A stretch of 64,000 bases of DNA from a virus. The notes under the pieces are model-generated. The model did not search any database. It had not been told where the DNA came from and saw only the letters and a list, made by a program, of their open reading frames with translations. Location: positions 17,729 to 81,728 of IMG/VR virus record IMGVR_UViG_3300047157_000126; one strand, given 5' to 3'. Positions 35,844 through 46,201 of this stretch are shown here, one piece after another. Made by a program: the position numbers and the translations under genes. How positions within the stretch are numbered: position 1 is the stretch's first letter; each line of letters begins with the position of its first letter.

Positions 35844-36530
35844 ATGGACGAAGAGGCGCGTATTACAAAACGCTCTTGTTCCTTTTGTCAACATCCAGAT
35901 AGAGATGGACTCGAAGATGATTTACTTGCGGGTAATATAACTCCTAAACAAATGGACCAAGAGATGGGTTGGCGAGCGAATACTTCTGATAGACATTTTA
36001 GAAATCATATGGGAGAATACCACATGGGTGCTAATCCTAGATGTGTTATTTGCTCCCATGATGACAGGTCTGCTTTTGAGGCTAGATTTTTTACTGATGG
36101 GTCAGAATCGGAGGCTATTGCTCAGGAATTAGATATTGCTGAGAATACTGTGTATCATCACATGAAGCACCACTTTCAACCGTTGGTTAAGAAATCAGCA
36201 GCAGTTGAGGTCGCAATTACAGTTGGTCAAGAACTTGGAATACTTAGAAACAATGTCGAAAAACTAAATGATAAACTTTCAGAATTACTTTCTGAGGGTA
36301 GTGTTCATGAAGATGGTTTTGTTAGAGATGCTGTATCATTACATAAAGAAGTAAGAGAATCAATAAAAGACTTAGTAAAATTCAATGATACTTGGGGCAG
36401 TGATACTACAGAGACTACTGTAAATCAAACAATAAATATTTTAAAAGTAGAATTAGCCAAGGAATCTCCTGAATCTTGGAAGAGAATTAAATCTCAATTA
36501 ATCGAATCTGCTGGAGGAGATATAGCGTGA
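35844..36530 (+). CDS. Putative terminase small subunit (tandem Zn/HTH repeats + coiled coil)
   Basis: Two CxxC-H...HxxxH HTH-like repeats, a coiled coil and a C-terminal beta strand TVNQTINIL; lies upstream of the large terminase. Confidence 0.5.
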   Translation: MDEEARITKRSCSFCQHPDRDGLEDDLLAGNITPKQMDQEMGWRANTSDRHFRNHMGEYHMGANPRCVICSHDDRSAFEARFFTDGSESEAIAQELDIAENTVYHHMKHHFQPLVKKSAAVEVAITVGQELGILRNNVEKLNDKLSELLSEGSVHEDGFVRDAVSLHKEVRESIKDLVKFNDTWGSDTTETTVNQTINILKVELAKESPESWKRIKSQLIESAGGDIA

Positions 36531-36925
36531 TTATAATTGATGAGTTATTTGTTTCATCACATCCCGGTTACAGACTATTACATGATAACATAATCATTGA
36601 TGAAAAAAGACTACCTGTGTTTTTAGATTATATTTCTTTAGTGTTCCAAAAGTTTAACTTTTATGTTGAAAAAGAGAATCTACAATTAGTTTTTGGTAGT
36701 GCTATTTTAGAAGTGATTAGGTATCTAAAAACTCTTTGTGAATCTGATGAACCTGAAATTGTTTTTGATACAAGAAGTAAGTTAAGAGAGATTTTACCAA
36801 GAATAAGAGGTGAATTAAAATTAATGGGAAGTTGTTTTCTTGACCCACCTAGCATCCAACAGTTCTATGAAGACATAGCCTCTGCGTTACAGCGCTCTAG
36901 TGAGTATCTTATGGGGGATTATTGA
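36527..36925 (+). CDS. Hypothetical protein
   Basis: Coupled ORF. Confidence 0.55.
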   Translation: MIIIDELFVSSHPGYRLLHDNIIIDEKRLPVFLDYISLVFQKFNFYVEKENLQLVFGSAILEVIRYLKTLCESDEPEIVFDTRSKLREILPRIRGELKLMGSCFLDPPSIQQFYEDIASALQRSSEYLMGDY

Positions 36926-38157
36926 TGACTGAAGGTATGATGGGTAGAGGTTCTGATACCAGAATGTACGCTCCTCGTTCAGAATCGTCTATTATGTTCA
37001 GAAATAATGACGGAGATGGAAGTTATAATCCCGGTGACCCTCGTTATGAAGATATGGAAAAAGAGAAGAAAAGAAAAGAAAAGGAGAAACACGATAAAAA
37101 ACTTCGTAGAAGAAAACATATCAAAGTGAAACCGGGTATTTTAAGAAATGTTGGGGACGAAGAAGAAGATGAAGAAAGAGAAGATGACTCCGACAAATAT
37201 GATGCAGACAGAGAGACTCACTTACAAACAGGTGCTGCGGGTAATTTTGGCTTTTTATCTAGTTTAGCAGGTGGAGCAAAAGGCCCCGGCGTTGGTAGAG
37301 GTGAACTAATTTCTACTGGCGAACCTATGGCTGCTGCTTGGTCTGAATTAAGGAAAGCAAAAACTAAGAAACAGAGAGAAAAACAAAGTAAAAAAGAGTC
37401 TAGAAAAAAAGGTCGTCCAAGCACTGGTGAGTTCAAAAAACCAAAAGGTGGCTATTCCCCTAAGTCTGCAACATCTAGAAGAGCAAAAGCACTGTCAAGA
37501 AGTTTAGGTGGTTCTAAGAAAACTGGGTTAGGTAGAGCACACTTGGCAGTTGAGATGTCTCACCGTGGGCTGAAAACAAAACAACCTATGAGATTAGAAG
37601 ACCCTAGAAAATATGCAAGTTTTATGGCAAGACAAGGTTCTATGGCACAACAAGGCCAAGTAAGAACCCCAGCATCACCTACACCAGCATCAGTAGTTGG
37701 CTTTTCAGGAAGAGTACCTAAACCTAAACTAAAACCAATGAGACCTCCACCAATTCAACCACCAAGAATCGCTGGTGCTCCACATTTGGCTATGGGTGGT
37801 GGGGCTTCTGGTATGCCAGCACCCCCACCACCAATGCCTGTTATGACAAGTGAAGATGTGTTTATTGGCTCAGAATTACAAAAAAGAAGAGGTGGTTTTG
37901 ATTGGGCTACCGTACAAGAATTAAGACAATTACTCAATAGAACTAGAAGAATCCTTAGAGAAAAAGAAAGTAAGAAGAAAGGATATGGAAATGCTGATAC
38001 AAGTGGTGCTGGGAGTAATCTACCAAAACACCCTAGTAATGCCCCTAAATCTACAAATAGAAATGAAGGGGCTACAGAAGACGCAAAGACAGACCCTCGC
38101 CACTTCGGAATTGATACAGTCGGTCATGATGTTGGGCGAGGGGGCGCGACACCATGA
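36922..38157 (+). CDS. Basic, low-complexity protein with internal leader-like MAAAWSELRK|A
   Basis: Lys/Arg/Pro-rich segments separated by LRK|A and LQK|R. Confidence 0.65.
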   Translation: MMTEGMMGRGSDTRMYAPRSESSIMFRNNDGDGSYNPGDPRYEDMEKEKKRKEKEKHDKKLRRRKHIKVKPGILRNVGDEEEDEEREDDSDKYDADRETHLQTGAAGNFGFLSSLAGGAKGPGVGRGELISTGEPMAAAWSELRKAKTKKQREKQSKKESRKKGRPSTGEFKKPKGGYSPKSATSRRAKALSRSLGGSKKTGLGRAHLAVEMSHRGLKTKQPMRLEDPRKYASFMARQGSMAQQGQVRTPASPTPASVVGFSGRVPKPKLKPMRPPPIQPPRIAGAPHLAMGGGASGMPAPPPPMPVMTSEDVFIGSELQKRRGGFDWATVQELRQLLNRTRRILREKESKKKGYGNADTSGAGSNLPKHPSNAPKSTNRNEGATEDAKTDPRHFGIDTVGHDVGRGGATP

Positions 38158-40394
38158 GAGTTGTAGTTGATTTTTCTAAACCAAAATTAATTTTCAAAGG
38201 TGATGGGAATCACGGCTTCCATCCTGTTACTGGAGAAAGTTACTACTTAGGAAATCATCCTGAATATATAATGCATGGTAACCATGATGATTCTCACCCT
38301 CAAGGTTTTGATAGACCAATGTTTTCTCATTATGGAGATAAAGATGAAGGTACTAAAGGTCAGTGGGGTACTGGTGAATATGGTGAAAAAGTTTGGAGAG
38401 ATGAATTTGGTGTTGACCATATGCATGGTATTGATGGTTTAATTAGAAAAGTAGGTTTTAAATTAAAACAAGCGGGGTCTAAAAAAGACCCTAGAGAAGT
38501 TGTTCAAGAAGCCATTCAAAGATACAACGATGAGAAAACTAAGAGAGGAGACGATAATCATACTTTACCACATGTAGAATCACATGAATGGCGAAAACTT
38601 AAGTTGATGGATTATCAATCTGGAAAAAATAAAGATGAAACTTTAGGAATGAAAATTAGAGGTTCCCATGGTAGTGAGGAAGCAGGGACAGATAGACACA
38701 ATCAGTTCGGTACTGTATTTTCAAATAGTAAAGCACACGGTATACTTGGTAGATTTGGTGAAACATACTCAATACCAATGGCTCATTTCATTAAAGATAT
38801 TTTAGTAGAAGACGGTATTCAATTAGGAAAATATGAAGAGGGTATTACTCATCATAATATATCAGTTGATGATTTAGCGATTAATTCCAATAATGGGAAG
38901 CCTGTTGCTGGTCGTAAAAAAGGAATTTTGGGAGACCAGTTAGGTCCAGAAGGTCAACTATCTGATAAGTTTCTACAAAGAATGGGCCAAGAAAAATTAG
39001 GACAAACAGTTGGTGATATTCATTCTTGGGAGATGATGCGTCATTTACCTGATGTAATGTATTCTACAGGTAAATCGGGTAGAAATGCTGGGATAGACAA
39101 GTTAGCACAAACACTTCTAGAATTAGACCCTAAGAAAATACCACCCGAAGTTTTGAATGAGCCGTTCTTTGCTGATGCTGGTGGAACTTTTACTCTAGGG
39201 CAAGTTATTTCAGATGCAACATTAGCCAATGCAGCAGTTAGAAAATTAAATGAAACACCTGCTGCTTTACATCTTCTTATGGGAGACCCAAAACAAGGAA
39301 TAGCGGGTCAAGTGGTAAACGCATTAAGAGAAAATGTCAATACCCCTGAAGATGCTATGGAGTATAATGATTTTAGAACCCATATAAGCGCTGGTAAACT
39401 AAAGACTAGATATCAATTAGATAGAAGGAAAAAGAGTCACGGCGTTGCTGCCGATTTATACGCCTTTGCAAATTTAATGGGTGAATCTGAACAGGGTGGC
39501 GGTATTAGTGCTATGAGAGATTTAGATTTTGAACATTCTCAACCTTTACATCCTGATGTAGAAGGGCAAAGAAGAATGACTGAACAAGTTGCTAGACTCT
39601 TATCACATCATCATGGACATACACCAGATAGACCGATTTTATCAGCAGAAGAAATGCCTTCTCGTGCTGTTGGTTCTAGACTTAGTTCGGGTATTTCTAA
39701 TCAGGAATTTGGACCACACATTTTAGATAATTATATTCATACAACAAGTCCATCAGTAACTGGTCGAGAATTCTCAAATACCAATGCTAGTTTTACACCA
39801 TCAAGTGATAATTCTACAGAAACAAGAACTGCTACAATTAATCCGGCAGCGAGGAAAAAAGTAGCAGTACAAGAAAGAGCACCTACTCTTGACACTTCTC
39901 CTACAATGGCTGATGCGAGACAGGCTTTCCAATATGCTACACCTGAACAAGTACAAAGAGTATATGCAGCCAGACAGCCTCCGACCCAATATATGGGTGG
40001 GGGCCAAAGAACTCCAGATTTCTCTTCTCCTGAAGCGCAAGAGCGTCTTGCAAGATTCCAATCATCTGTTTCTGACTTAGGACAAGGCAGATTACCACTT
40101 ACATTCAAAGCAGAAGATACTTCTGTAGAAGATAGACTAATCAAAGCAATGGAGAATCTACAGATTAGAGATGCTAGGCTTGATGATAGTGTTCGTAAAT
40201 TATTACCACAGCAGAAGTTAAGTATCTATAGTGAAGATGATATATCATATATGGCTAGTAAAACTCAAATCACAAAAACCGATGTAAAAGCAATTTTACT
40301 TTCTAAGGGTGATTGGAACAGAATATCTAAAACATTCAAAATAGACGAAAGTATCATCAAAGCCGTTAAAGTGGCATTTATGGAGGGATTGTAA
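38154..40394 (+). CDS. Large hypothetical protein, probably virion-associated
   Basis: 746-aa ORF with LIFK|G, TFK|A and LIK|A sites. Confidence 0.7.
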   Translation: MRVVVDFSKPKLIFKGDGNHGFHPVTGESYYLGNHPEYIMHGNHDDSHPQGFDRPMFSHYGDKDEGTKGQWGTGEYGEKVWRDEFGVDHMHGIDGLIRKVGFKLKQAGSKKDPREVVQEAIQRYNDEKTKRGDDNHTLPHVESHEWRKLKLMDYQSGKNKDETLGMKIRGSHGSEEAGTDRHNQFGTVFSNSKAHGILGRFGETYSIPMAHFIKDILVEDGIQLGKYEEGITHHNISVDDLAINSNNGKPVAGRKKGILGDQLGPEGQLSDKFLQRMGQEKLGQTVGDIHSWEMMRHLPDVMYSTGKSGRNAGIDKLAQTLLELDPKKIPPEVLNEPFFADAGGTFTLGQVISDATLANAAVRKLNETPAALHLLMGDPKQGIAGQVVNALRENVNTPEDAMEYNDFRTHISAGKLKTRYQLDRRKKSHGVAADLYAFANLMGESEQGGGISAMRDLDFEHSQPLHPDVEGQRRMTEQVARLLSHHHGHTPDRPILSAEEMPSRAVGSRLSSGISNQEFGPHILDNYIHTTSPSVTGREFSNTNASFTPSSDNSTETRTATINPAARKKVAVQERAPTLDTSPTMADARQAFQYATPEQVQRVYAARQPPTQYMGGGQRTPDFSSPEAQERLARFQSSVSDLGQGRLPLTFKAEDTSVEDRLIKAMENLQIRDARLDDSVRKLLPQQKLSIYSEDDISYMASKTQITKTDVKAILLSKGDWNRISKTFKIDESIIKAVKVAFMEGL

Positions 40395-41218
40395 TCGGTA
40401 AAGTTCTGATTCTTAAACAAGGGGGAGCAGCACCAGCAGCAGCAGCCCCTTCCGGTGCTAATATGTCAAATCTTTTTGGCTCTTATCTAGGACAAGTATA
40501 TGGAGATAGATATACTAGAGATAAAAGAAAAGAGATAGACCCTATAGCAACTGCCGCAGAAAAGAAAAGATTTGATAGAACACAAAGAAATTTAGATAGA
40601 TTGGCTGTAGGCGCTGGCGCATTATCTGCCGCCCATAATTTTACTAGAAATTTAACAGAGGGTAAATTTAGACCGATTTCCGCTTTAGGTTCTGGACAAG
40701 CCGCTTACCAAGGTATAAAAGGAACTTTAAATCCTCTTGCTGCTGGAATTGATGATTTTAGAATTAAAAGAAGAATTAGAAGTACACTGTCACCGCGCTC
40801 AGGTTCTGCTACTGCTTCAAAAACATATGTAGAACCAGCAACAGAATATGCGGGAGTAGACCCTGCTATGATTAGTGAACGGAGACAAATCAACCCAATA
40901 AGAACTCCTTCTTCAGAAGAGCAAAGTTTAGTAGGTGTGTCACCACAACAAAGGGTATTTACACAAAGAGTTGCAGGTGGGCCTGTAAAAGTTAAACCAA
41001 AAGCAGAACCTTCTCCTGAACGTAAAATGACGGAAGAGCAAGTAAAAGTGCTGGCTTCTAATGTTGCCCCTCCTACTGCTCAATCTAATCTTAATCAGTT
41101 TACAGAAAGAGATATGGTGAAAGTCATAAATCAAGATGATGCTGAAGACGCAAGAGAAGAAAAAAGATTGAATGCTAAAAACTTAGACGGTTCTCAACAA
41201 ATACAAGGGAATGTGTGA
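40394..41218 (+). CDS. Hypothetical protein; probable non-canonical ATC start at 40394 (first ATG at 40463)
   Basis: GGAGGG SD, then TAATC overlap; in-frame extension GKVLILK|QGGAAPAAAAP. Confidence 0.6.
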   Translation: MGKVLILKQGGAAPAAAAPSGANMSNLFGSYLGQVYGDRYTRDKRKEIDPIATAAEKKRFDRTQRNLDRLAVGAGALSAAHNFTRNLTEGKFRPISALGSGQAAYQGIKGTLNPLAAGIDDFRIKRRIRSTLSPRSGSATASKTYVEPATEYAGVDPAMISERRQINPIRTPSSEEQSLVGVSPQQRVFTQRVAGGPVKVKPKAEPSPERKMTEEQVKVLASNVAPPTAQSNLNQFTERDMVKVINQDDAEDAREEKRLNAKNLDGSQQIQGNV

Positions 41219-42714
41219 TATTCATGATTGACGATAAAGGTCAAGACATGCAAGATTTCATCAAACAGATGGATAGAGAAATGAGTAAAAAATCATTTCA
41301 GTATTTTTTTACTGAGATTTTAAAATTTGATTTAAATTGGCATCACGAACAATGGGAGAAGGGTCTTGCTGGAAGTAGATATTATTGTGTAAAAGCGTCA
41401 AGAGACCACGGAAAATCTGTTTTCTTTATGAGTTATGCATTATGGTTAGCAGCATTTAATCCTAATACCCACATTATGATTTTCTCACACTCTTTAGAAC
41501 AGACTCTTGAGCATATGAGATTTATTAGAAATAACATAGATATGGCAGATTGTTTAAGAGATTTAAAACCTCAAGGAAAACCTTGGGCTAAATCATATTT
41601 CGAGTTTACAAATGGTAGTCGTCTTATGGCTAAGTCAGTTGGTGGTGCTACTCGTGGTTTCCACCCTGACGTTGTTGTTTGCGACGATATTCTTTGGGGA
41701 ACTAGTGCTGGTGAATTAGCCAGAACTGCTGATTGGTTTTATGGTGTTTTGTTACCAGTTCTTCACCACAGTTCTCGTTTGATGATGGTTGGTACACCAT
41801 TTAGTTACAACGATTTGTATGCGGAATTAGAAAAGAAAGATACCTTTACTGTAGAAACATATCCCGCGATAAATCAAGAAGGTGAAGCATTATGGCCCGC
41901 TAGATGGAATCTTGAAGCGTTAGATGAAAGACGACTTTCTATGCCAGCAATACAGTTTTCTCGTGAATATCTATGTGAACCTATTCACGATGTTGCTAGT
42001 ATGTTTCCTAATGATATACTAGAAAAAGCCAGAGACCCTGAACTTGTTTTAATTCCGAGAGCAGATACCGCTTACAATGAGGAGGGTGAGCCTGATGGGA
42101 TTTACGGGCAACATTTCTTTGGTTGGGACCCTGCGATTTCTTCTGATAAAAACGCTGACTTTACAGCGATGTTAGGTCTTAGAATAAAACCAGAAAATGA
42201 CGGTATCAAAGAAATTGTGCATGTAGTACATCAAAAAGGTATGTCTAGTATGGCGCAAAAAAGACAAATTATTGCTATAAATAACAAGTTTATGCCAGAG
42301 TTGATAGAATTAGAAGGTAATAATTTCCAGCGTATGTTGGCGACTGAACTAAAAGAAATGGCATCTGATATTCCGGTTAAGACTTTCATGACAACGAAAC
42401 AAAAGAAGGAGACTATATTCATGTCGTTATTATTGGCATTTGAGCAAGGCCAAATAAAAACGCCTTATGGTAATGAAGAATCTCGTAAGTTTACTCATAC
42501 TCTTGAACAAGAATTAAACAGATTTGGTATGCAGAAAAATGGTAGACTAGAATCTGTGGGTGTTCATGACGACTTAGCAATGGGTTTGGCTCTTGCTAAT
42601 TTTGCAACTAAAGAGTTCAAAGGTAGTGTTGTGCTTCTTGATGATATTTTACCCGGCTTTGATGATTGGCACGCAGGTAGAAAACATCGCAATAGTGGTT
42701 GGATGATACCATAG
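41215..42714 (+). CDS. terL: Terminase large subunit
   Basis: Walker A ASRDHGKS, Walker B VVCDD, GTP motif, FSREYLC; RNase H-like GWDPA...D and HDDLAM. Confidence 0.93.
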   Translation: MIFMIDDKGQDMQDFIKQMDREMSKKSFQYFFTEILKFDLNWHHEQWEKGLAGSRYYCVKASRDHGKSVFFMSYALWLAAFNPNTHIMIFSHSLEQTLEHMRFIRNNIDMADCLRDLKPQGKPWAKSYFEFTNGSRLMAKSVGGATRGFHPDVVVCDDILWGTSAGELARTADWFYGVLLPVLHHSSRLMMVGTPFSYNDLYAELEKKDTFTVETYPAINQEGEALWPARWNLEALDERRLSMPAIQFSREYLCEPIHDVASMFPNDILEKARDPELVLIPRADTAYNEEGEPDGIYGQHFFGWDPAISSDKNADFTAMLGLRIKPENDGIKEIVHVVHQKGMSSMAQKRQIIAINNKFMPELIELEGNNFQRMLATELKEMASDIPVKTFMTTKQKKETIFMSLLLAFEQGQIKTPYGNEESRKFTHTLEQELNRFGMQKNGRLESVGVHDDLAMGLALANFATKEFKGSVVLLDDILPGFDDWHAGRKHRNSGWMIP

Positions 42715-42844
42715 AGTTGAAAAAGGAAATAAGATACGAAGGAGAGTGATGTGGATGAATACAACATACATGGATAGTGAAAATGAGAATACCACTTTTT
42801 GGTGGTCATTAAGTAAATAAAGGTCATTCGAGGGGTCAAAGAAT

Positions 42845-44068
42845 ATGTGGGCGAGCGCTTTTTTGGAAGACTCTTTTTTTGTTAAAGCGGAAAGCAACGA
42901 AGAAGTTGTTGAGGTCACTCAAGTGAAAAAATTTTTTTCTAATACTGGCGAAGGTTGGTTTGAAAGTCATCTAGGTGTTACAGCGAATGAGTTCGTTTCT
43001 AGACTTAGAAAAATGCGAAGGAAAAACAAAAATGTTAAGCATGAAATAGATGACATAATTCAAGATGTCAGAGCATTAAAAAAATTAGAAGTTGAAAGCA
43101 CATTATCACAAATACCTTGGGCTAATGAAAGATATGATACACTTAGAGGATTAGGGCTTTCAGATAGAGATTTAAAATCACTTAGAAGATTTTCAGATTC
43201 AAGAAAAACTGGTTTAATTAATGCTTGTCAATTATGGGAACAAGCAGATACTTCTCTCAAGACTCTCGATAGTTTTGAAGATGTATGGGGGCAACATGAA
43301 AATCAAACATGGGCTAATGCTATGCAAAATAAAAAAGATGCAAGAAAAATGTGGAAAACAAGTTTACATCAAATAGATAAATTAAACTCAAAAGATAGGG
43401 AAACTATAGAAAAAGCCAGTTTGGTTTTAACAGAGAGAGGACCTATGAGTAGTAGAGCCATATTTGAACATCTAAGTGAAAACAATGTTGTACACAAAAG
43501 TATGACCAGTAACAAGTTATCAAAATTAATTTCTATGTATGGGGAAGAACTAGACATTACTGCTGGTGCTTCTAGAGGGACTTTTGTAAAGATGGATAAA
43601 AATGGTTTAATTCTAAAAGACCCTTTTGCTTACGCAGCGGGCTTTTTAGACGCTGACGGCTACATCACAATTACAGGTAGGGGTGAAGCAAGAGCAGGTT
43701 TTGTCGCTACTGGTGATAGAGGTAGAGCACACTGTGAACAATTACACAAAACTTTAGAATGTGGGGTTTTACAATTAGACCAAAAAGTCCACAAAAACTC
43801 CACTAGAAGTCAACATAGATTACAATTTTATTCAAAAGGTGATGTAGAAAAACTACTAAAAATGATTTTACCACATTTACAAATGAAAGATACCCAAGCA
43901 AAGGCTGTCTTGCAATATCTCCAAGAGGAAGACCCTCTTCGTAAGACCGAGTTGTTGCGTGTGGTTAGATACAATAATTGGAAAGACGACACTCAAAAAG
44001 CAGAAAACTTACTATCTCAATGGGAATGCTCCGTAGACGATATTAGTAAATGGTCGGAGGGAATATAA
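42845..44068 (+). CDS. Protein with N-terminal helical/wHTH region and C-terminal LAGLIDADG domain
   Basis: YAAGFLDADGYI motif; ILPHLQMK; preceded by LILK|D. Confidence 0.78.
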   Translation: MWASAFLEDSFFVKAESNEEVVEVTQVKKFFSNTGEGWFESHLGVTANEFVSRLRKMRRKNKNVKHEIDDIIQDVRALKKLEVESTLSQIPWANERYDTLRGLGLSDRDLKSLRRFSDSRKTGLINACQLWEQADTSLKTLDSFEDVWGQHENQTWANAMQNKKDARKMWKTSLHQIDKLNSKDRETIEKASLVLTERGPMSSRAIFEHLSENNVVHKSMTSNKLSKLISMYGEELDITAGASRGTFVKMDKNGLILKDPFAYAAGFLDADGYITITGRGEARAGFVATGDRGRAHCEQLHKTLECGVLQLDQKVHKNSTRSQHRLQFYSKGDVEKLLKMILPHLQMKDTQAKAVLQYLQEEDPLRKTELLRVVRYNNWKDDTQKAENLLSQWECSVDDISKWSEGI

Positions 44069-45801
44069 TGGCTGATGATGATAGTAGAGTTTCTAGATTT
44101 ATCAGTGCTCTTTCTAGCCCTTTCAAAAGAAGGACTACACCACAACCTCAAATGCCAATGTTGACTACTGGTATTCAAGAACCAGTATTAGCACAAGGAA
44201 TCACACTTCCTGCTCTTTATGCTGTATCTCGTGAAAATTTAATTCTTAGGACGGTTTTAGCAAAATTAAAACAAGAGATATTCCGAAGGGGGTATTACTT
44301 TGAAAAGAAGTTTGAAACTAAATGTGTAGACTGTGGTGAAGAATATCAACATTCAGTGGATATGTGCAAAGCCTGTGGGGGTGAAGTAAGGACTCCTGAT
44401 GTAGATGAGGCTGTATATCCACGTTGGTTATTAAAACAAGAGAACTCTATGGAACAATCTTTTATGCACATTTTACAAGAAGTAGAAGATGATTTGAATA
44501 TAGTCGATGATGCTTTCTTAATTTTAGTTAAAGAGTACTTTGTAGACCCAGATACTGGAGAAATACAATTTTACAGAGTAAAAGAAATCATAAGAGGTGA
44601 CCCTATCTTTATGAGAATAGTAGCAGATAAGAGAGGAGTAAGAGGTGGTAGATACAAAGTTTGTGCTATTCACAGAGACCAAATTAATTATCCCGGTCAA
44701 GATGATGCGTGTCAGGTGTGTGGTTCAAAAATGGAAGATGCACATTATATCAATATGGCTGGTTCTGGAAAAAATCAATACTATCTTAAGGGAGAAGTTA
44801 TACACATTTCAAAATATAATCCTAGTAAATTGTATGGAAAATCTCCAGTTAACACTATGTGGAGACAAGCAATGTCTCTAACCGCTATGGATAATTACAT
44901 CTACACCGCTTATCAGAAAAGAAGAATACCAAAAGGAATTATTTCTGTAACTACAGATAATCTAGAATCTATGAAATCTTTCTGGAAGTCTGTTGACGAA
45001 AAAATGGAAAGAGACCCTCACTATGTTCCTAAAGTGGGTATTGAGAGTTCCACTGGAAGAGGGGGTGTGAATTGGGTTAAATTCATGGACACTCTTGAGG
45101 AAATGCAGTATATGGCTGTAAGAGACGAAATAAGAAATCGTATAGCAGCATACTTTGGTGTATCATCAGTATTTATGATAGATAATGGTAAGTCTGGTGG
45201 TTTGAATAATGAGGGTATGCAAATACTAGTAACTAATCGAGCAGTTGAGTTTGGGCAAAAAGTGTATACTGAAGTTTTATTCCCAAGAATGTTAAGAGAA
45301 ATGAATGTACATGATTGGAAACTTGCTCTTTATCCTAATGAAGAAGAAGATGAAATCACAAGATTAAGAAGAGATGAGATGGAAGCAAATCTTGCTCAAA
45401 GAATGATGATGTTAGGTTACCAACCTGAATTGTTGGAAGAAGGAAAAAGAGATATTAGGTTTGTCTATAAAAAATTAGAAACAGGTCAACAACCCGGTGG
45501 AGCACCTCCTCCGGGTGGAGCACCTCCTCCGGGTGGAGCACCTCCTGCTGGTGGAGCACCTCCTGCTGGTGTTCCTCCGGGTGTAATGCAACAAGTAGGA
45601 AGAGGTATGCCTCCGGGTGTTGTTAATCCGGGTGGAGAAGGTGTTGGTTTGAGAAATAGAGGACCCGCTAGACCTGAACAAAGAGTTTCAGGAGGTGCTG
45701 GCTCTCCTTTTTCTAATGTACAACAAAGAGGCCCACAACAAAGACCTGTTGAAAGAGCACAAAGAGGTGTTTCTGAGGCAAATCGCCCTCGTGGAGCATA
45801 A
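44068..45801 (+). CDS. Portal protein with zinc-ribbon insertions
   Basis: Position after the terminase; DLNIVDDAF, YGKSPV, IPKGII and RIAAYFGV portal motifs; CVDC..CKAC and CAIH..CQVC inserts; Pro/Gly tail. Confidence 0.88.
   Translation: MADDDSRVSRFISALSSPFKRRTTPQPQMPMLTTGIQEPVLAQGITLPALYAVSRENLILRTVLAKLKQEIFRRGYYFEKKFETKCVDCGEEYQHSVDMCKACGGEVRTPDVDEAVYPRWLLKQENSMEQSFMHILQEVEDDLNIVDDAFLILVKEYFVDPDTGEIQFYRVKEIIRGDPIFMRIVADKRGVRGGRYKVCAIHRDQINYPGQDDACQVCGSKMEDAHYINMAGSGKNQYYLKGEVIHISKYNPSKLYGKSPVNTMWRQAMSLTAMDNYIYTAYQKRRIPKGIISVTTDNLESMKSFWKSVDEKMERDPHYVPKVGIESSTGRGGVNWVKFMDTLEEMQYMAVRDEIRNRIAAYFGVSSVFMIDNGKSGGLNNEGMQILVTNRAVEFGQKVYTEVLFPRMLREMNVHDWKLALYPNEEEDEITRLRRDEMEANLAQRMMMLGYQPELLEEGKRDIRFVYKKLETGQQPGGAPPPGGAPPPGGAPPAGGAPPAGVPPGVMQQVGRGMPPGVVNPGGEGVGLRNRGPARPEQRVSGGAGSPFSNVQQRGPQQRPVERAQRGVSEANRPRGA
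45493..45570 (+). repeat. 18-bp tandem repeat encoding (P/A)GGAPP, about 4 copies, in the portal tail
   Basis: CCGGGTGGAGCACCTCCT units with variants. Confidence 0.85.
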
Positions 45802-45832
45802 GAGTAATTAAACAGGTATATCTACGGAGCGA

Positions 45833-46192
45833 GTGAGTAACATGAACCTAACCAAGATGGACTCCTTTGCAAGAAAGATGAATTTACACGCGAAAGCCTT
45901 TTCCGAGGCTCTAGATTTAGGAGATGCTGAGTTAGCAAAATCTCATCTTCAAGAGGTTTTGAAAGTTAGTAATTTCTTAAATGATGACTTACATTATGCT
46001 ATACAAAAATCTGCTGAAGAAAAACATGTTAATGATTTTGCTAACGGAGTTCCTGTAATGAAGTTTAATGAAAGGGGTACAAACTTTGACACCTCTCAAA
46101 GAGATAGAGTTCTCAAAGGTACAGTTATTCCTGCAAGAACTAATTATCAAATGAGAAAGCACTCCGGTACTTTCGGTGGATGGCAAAAGTAG
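45833..46192 (+). CDS. Head-module hypothetical protein
   Basis: Between portal and protease; IQK|S site. Confidence 0.65.
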   Translation: MSNMNLTKMDSFARKMNLHAKAFSEALDLGDAELAKSHLQEVLKVSNFLNDDLHYAIQKSAEEKHVNDFANGVPVMKFNERGTNFDTSQRDRVLKGTVIPARTNYQMRKHSGTFGGWQK

Positions 46193-46201
46193 GTGCGTTA
46201 A

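Noticed and set aside
27121-42840. GGTCA/TGACC words near several late intergenic regions (27126, 32012, 33717, 42804) as a late promoter
   Set aside because: Too short and inconsistent in orientation and spacing to support without a motif-enrichment test.
42845-44068. Intein or group I intron splitting terminase or portal
   Set aside because: Both flanking genes look complete, and there are no intein C/S...HN termini.
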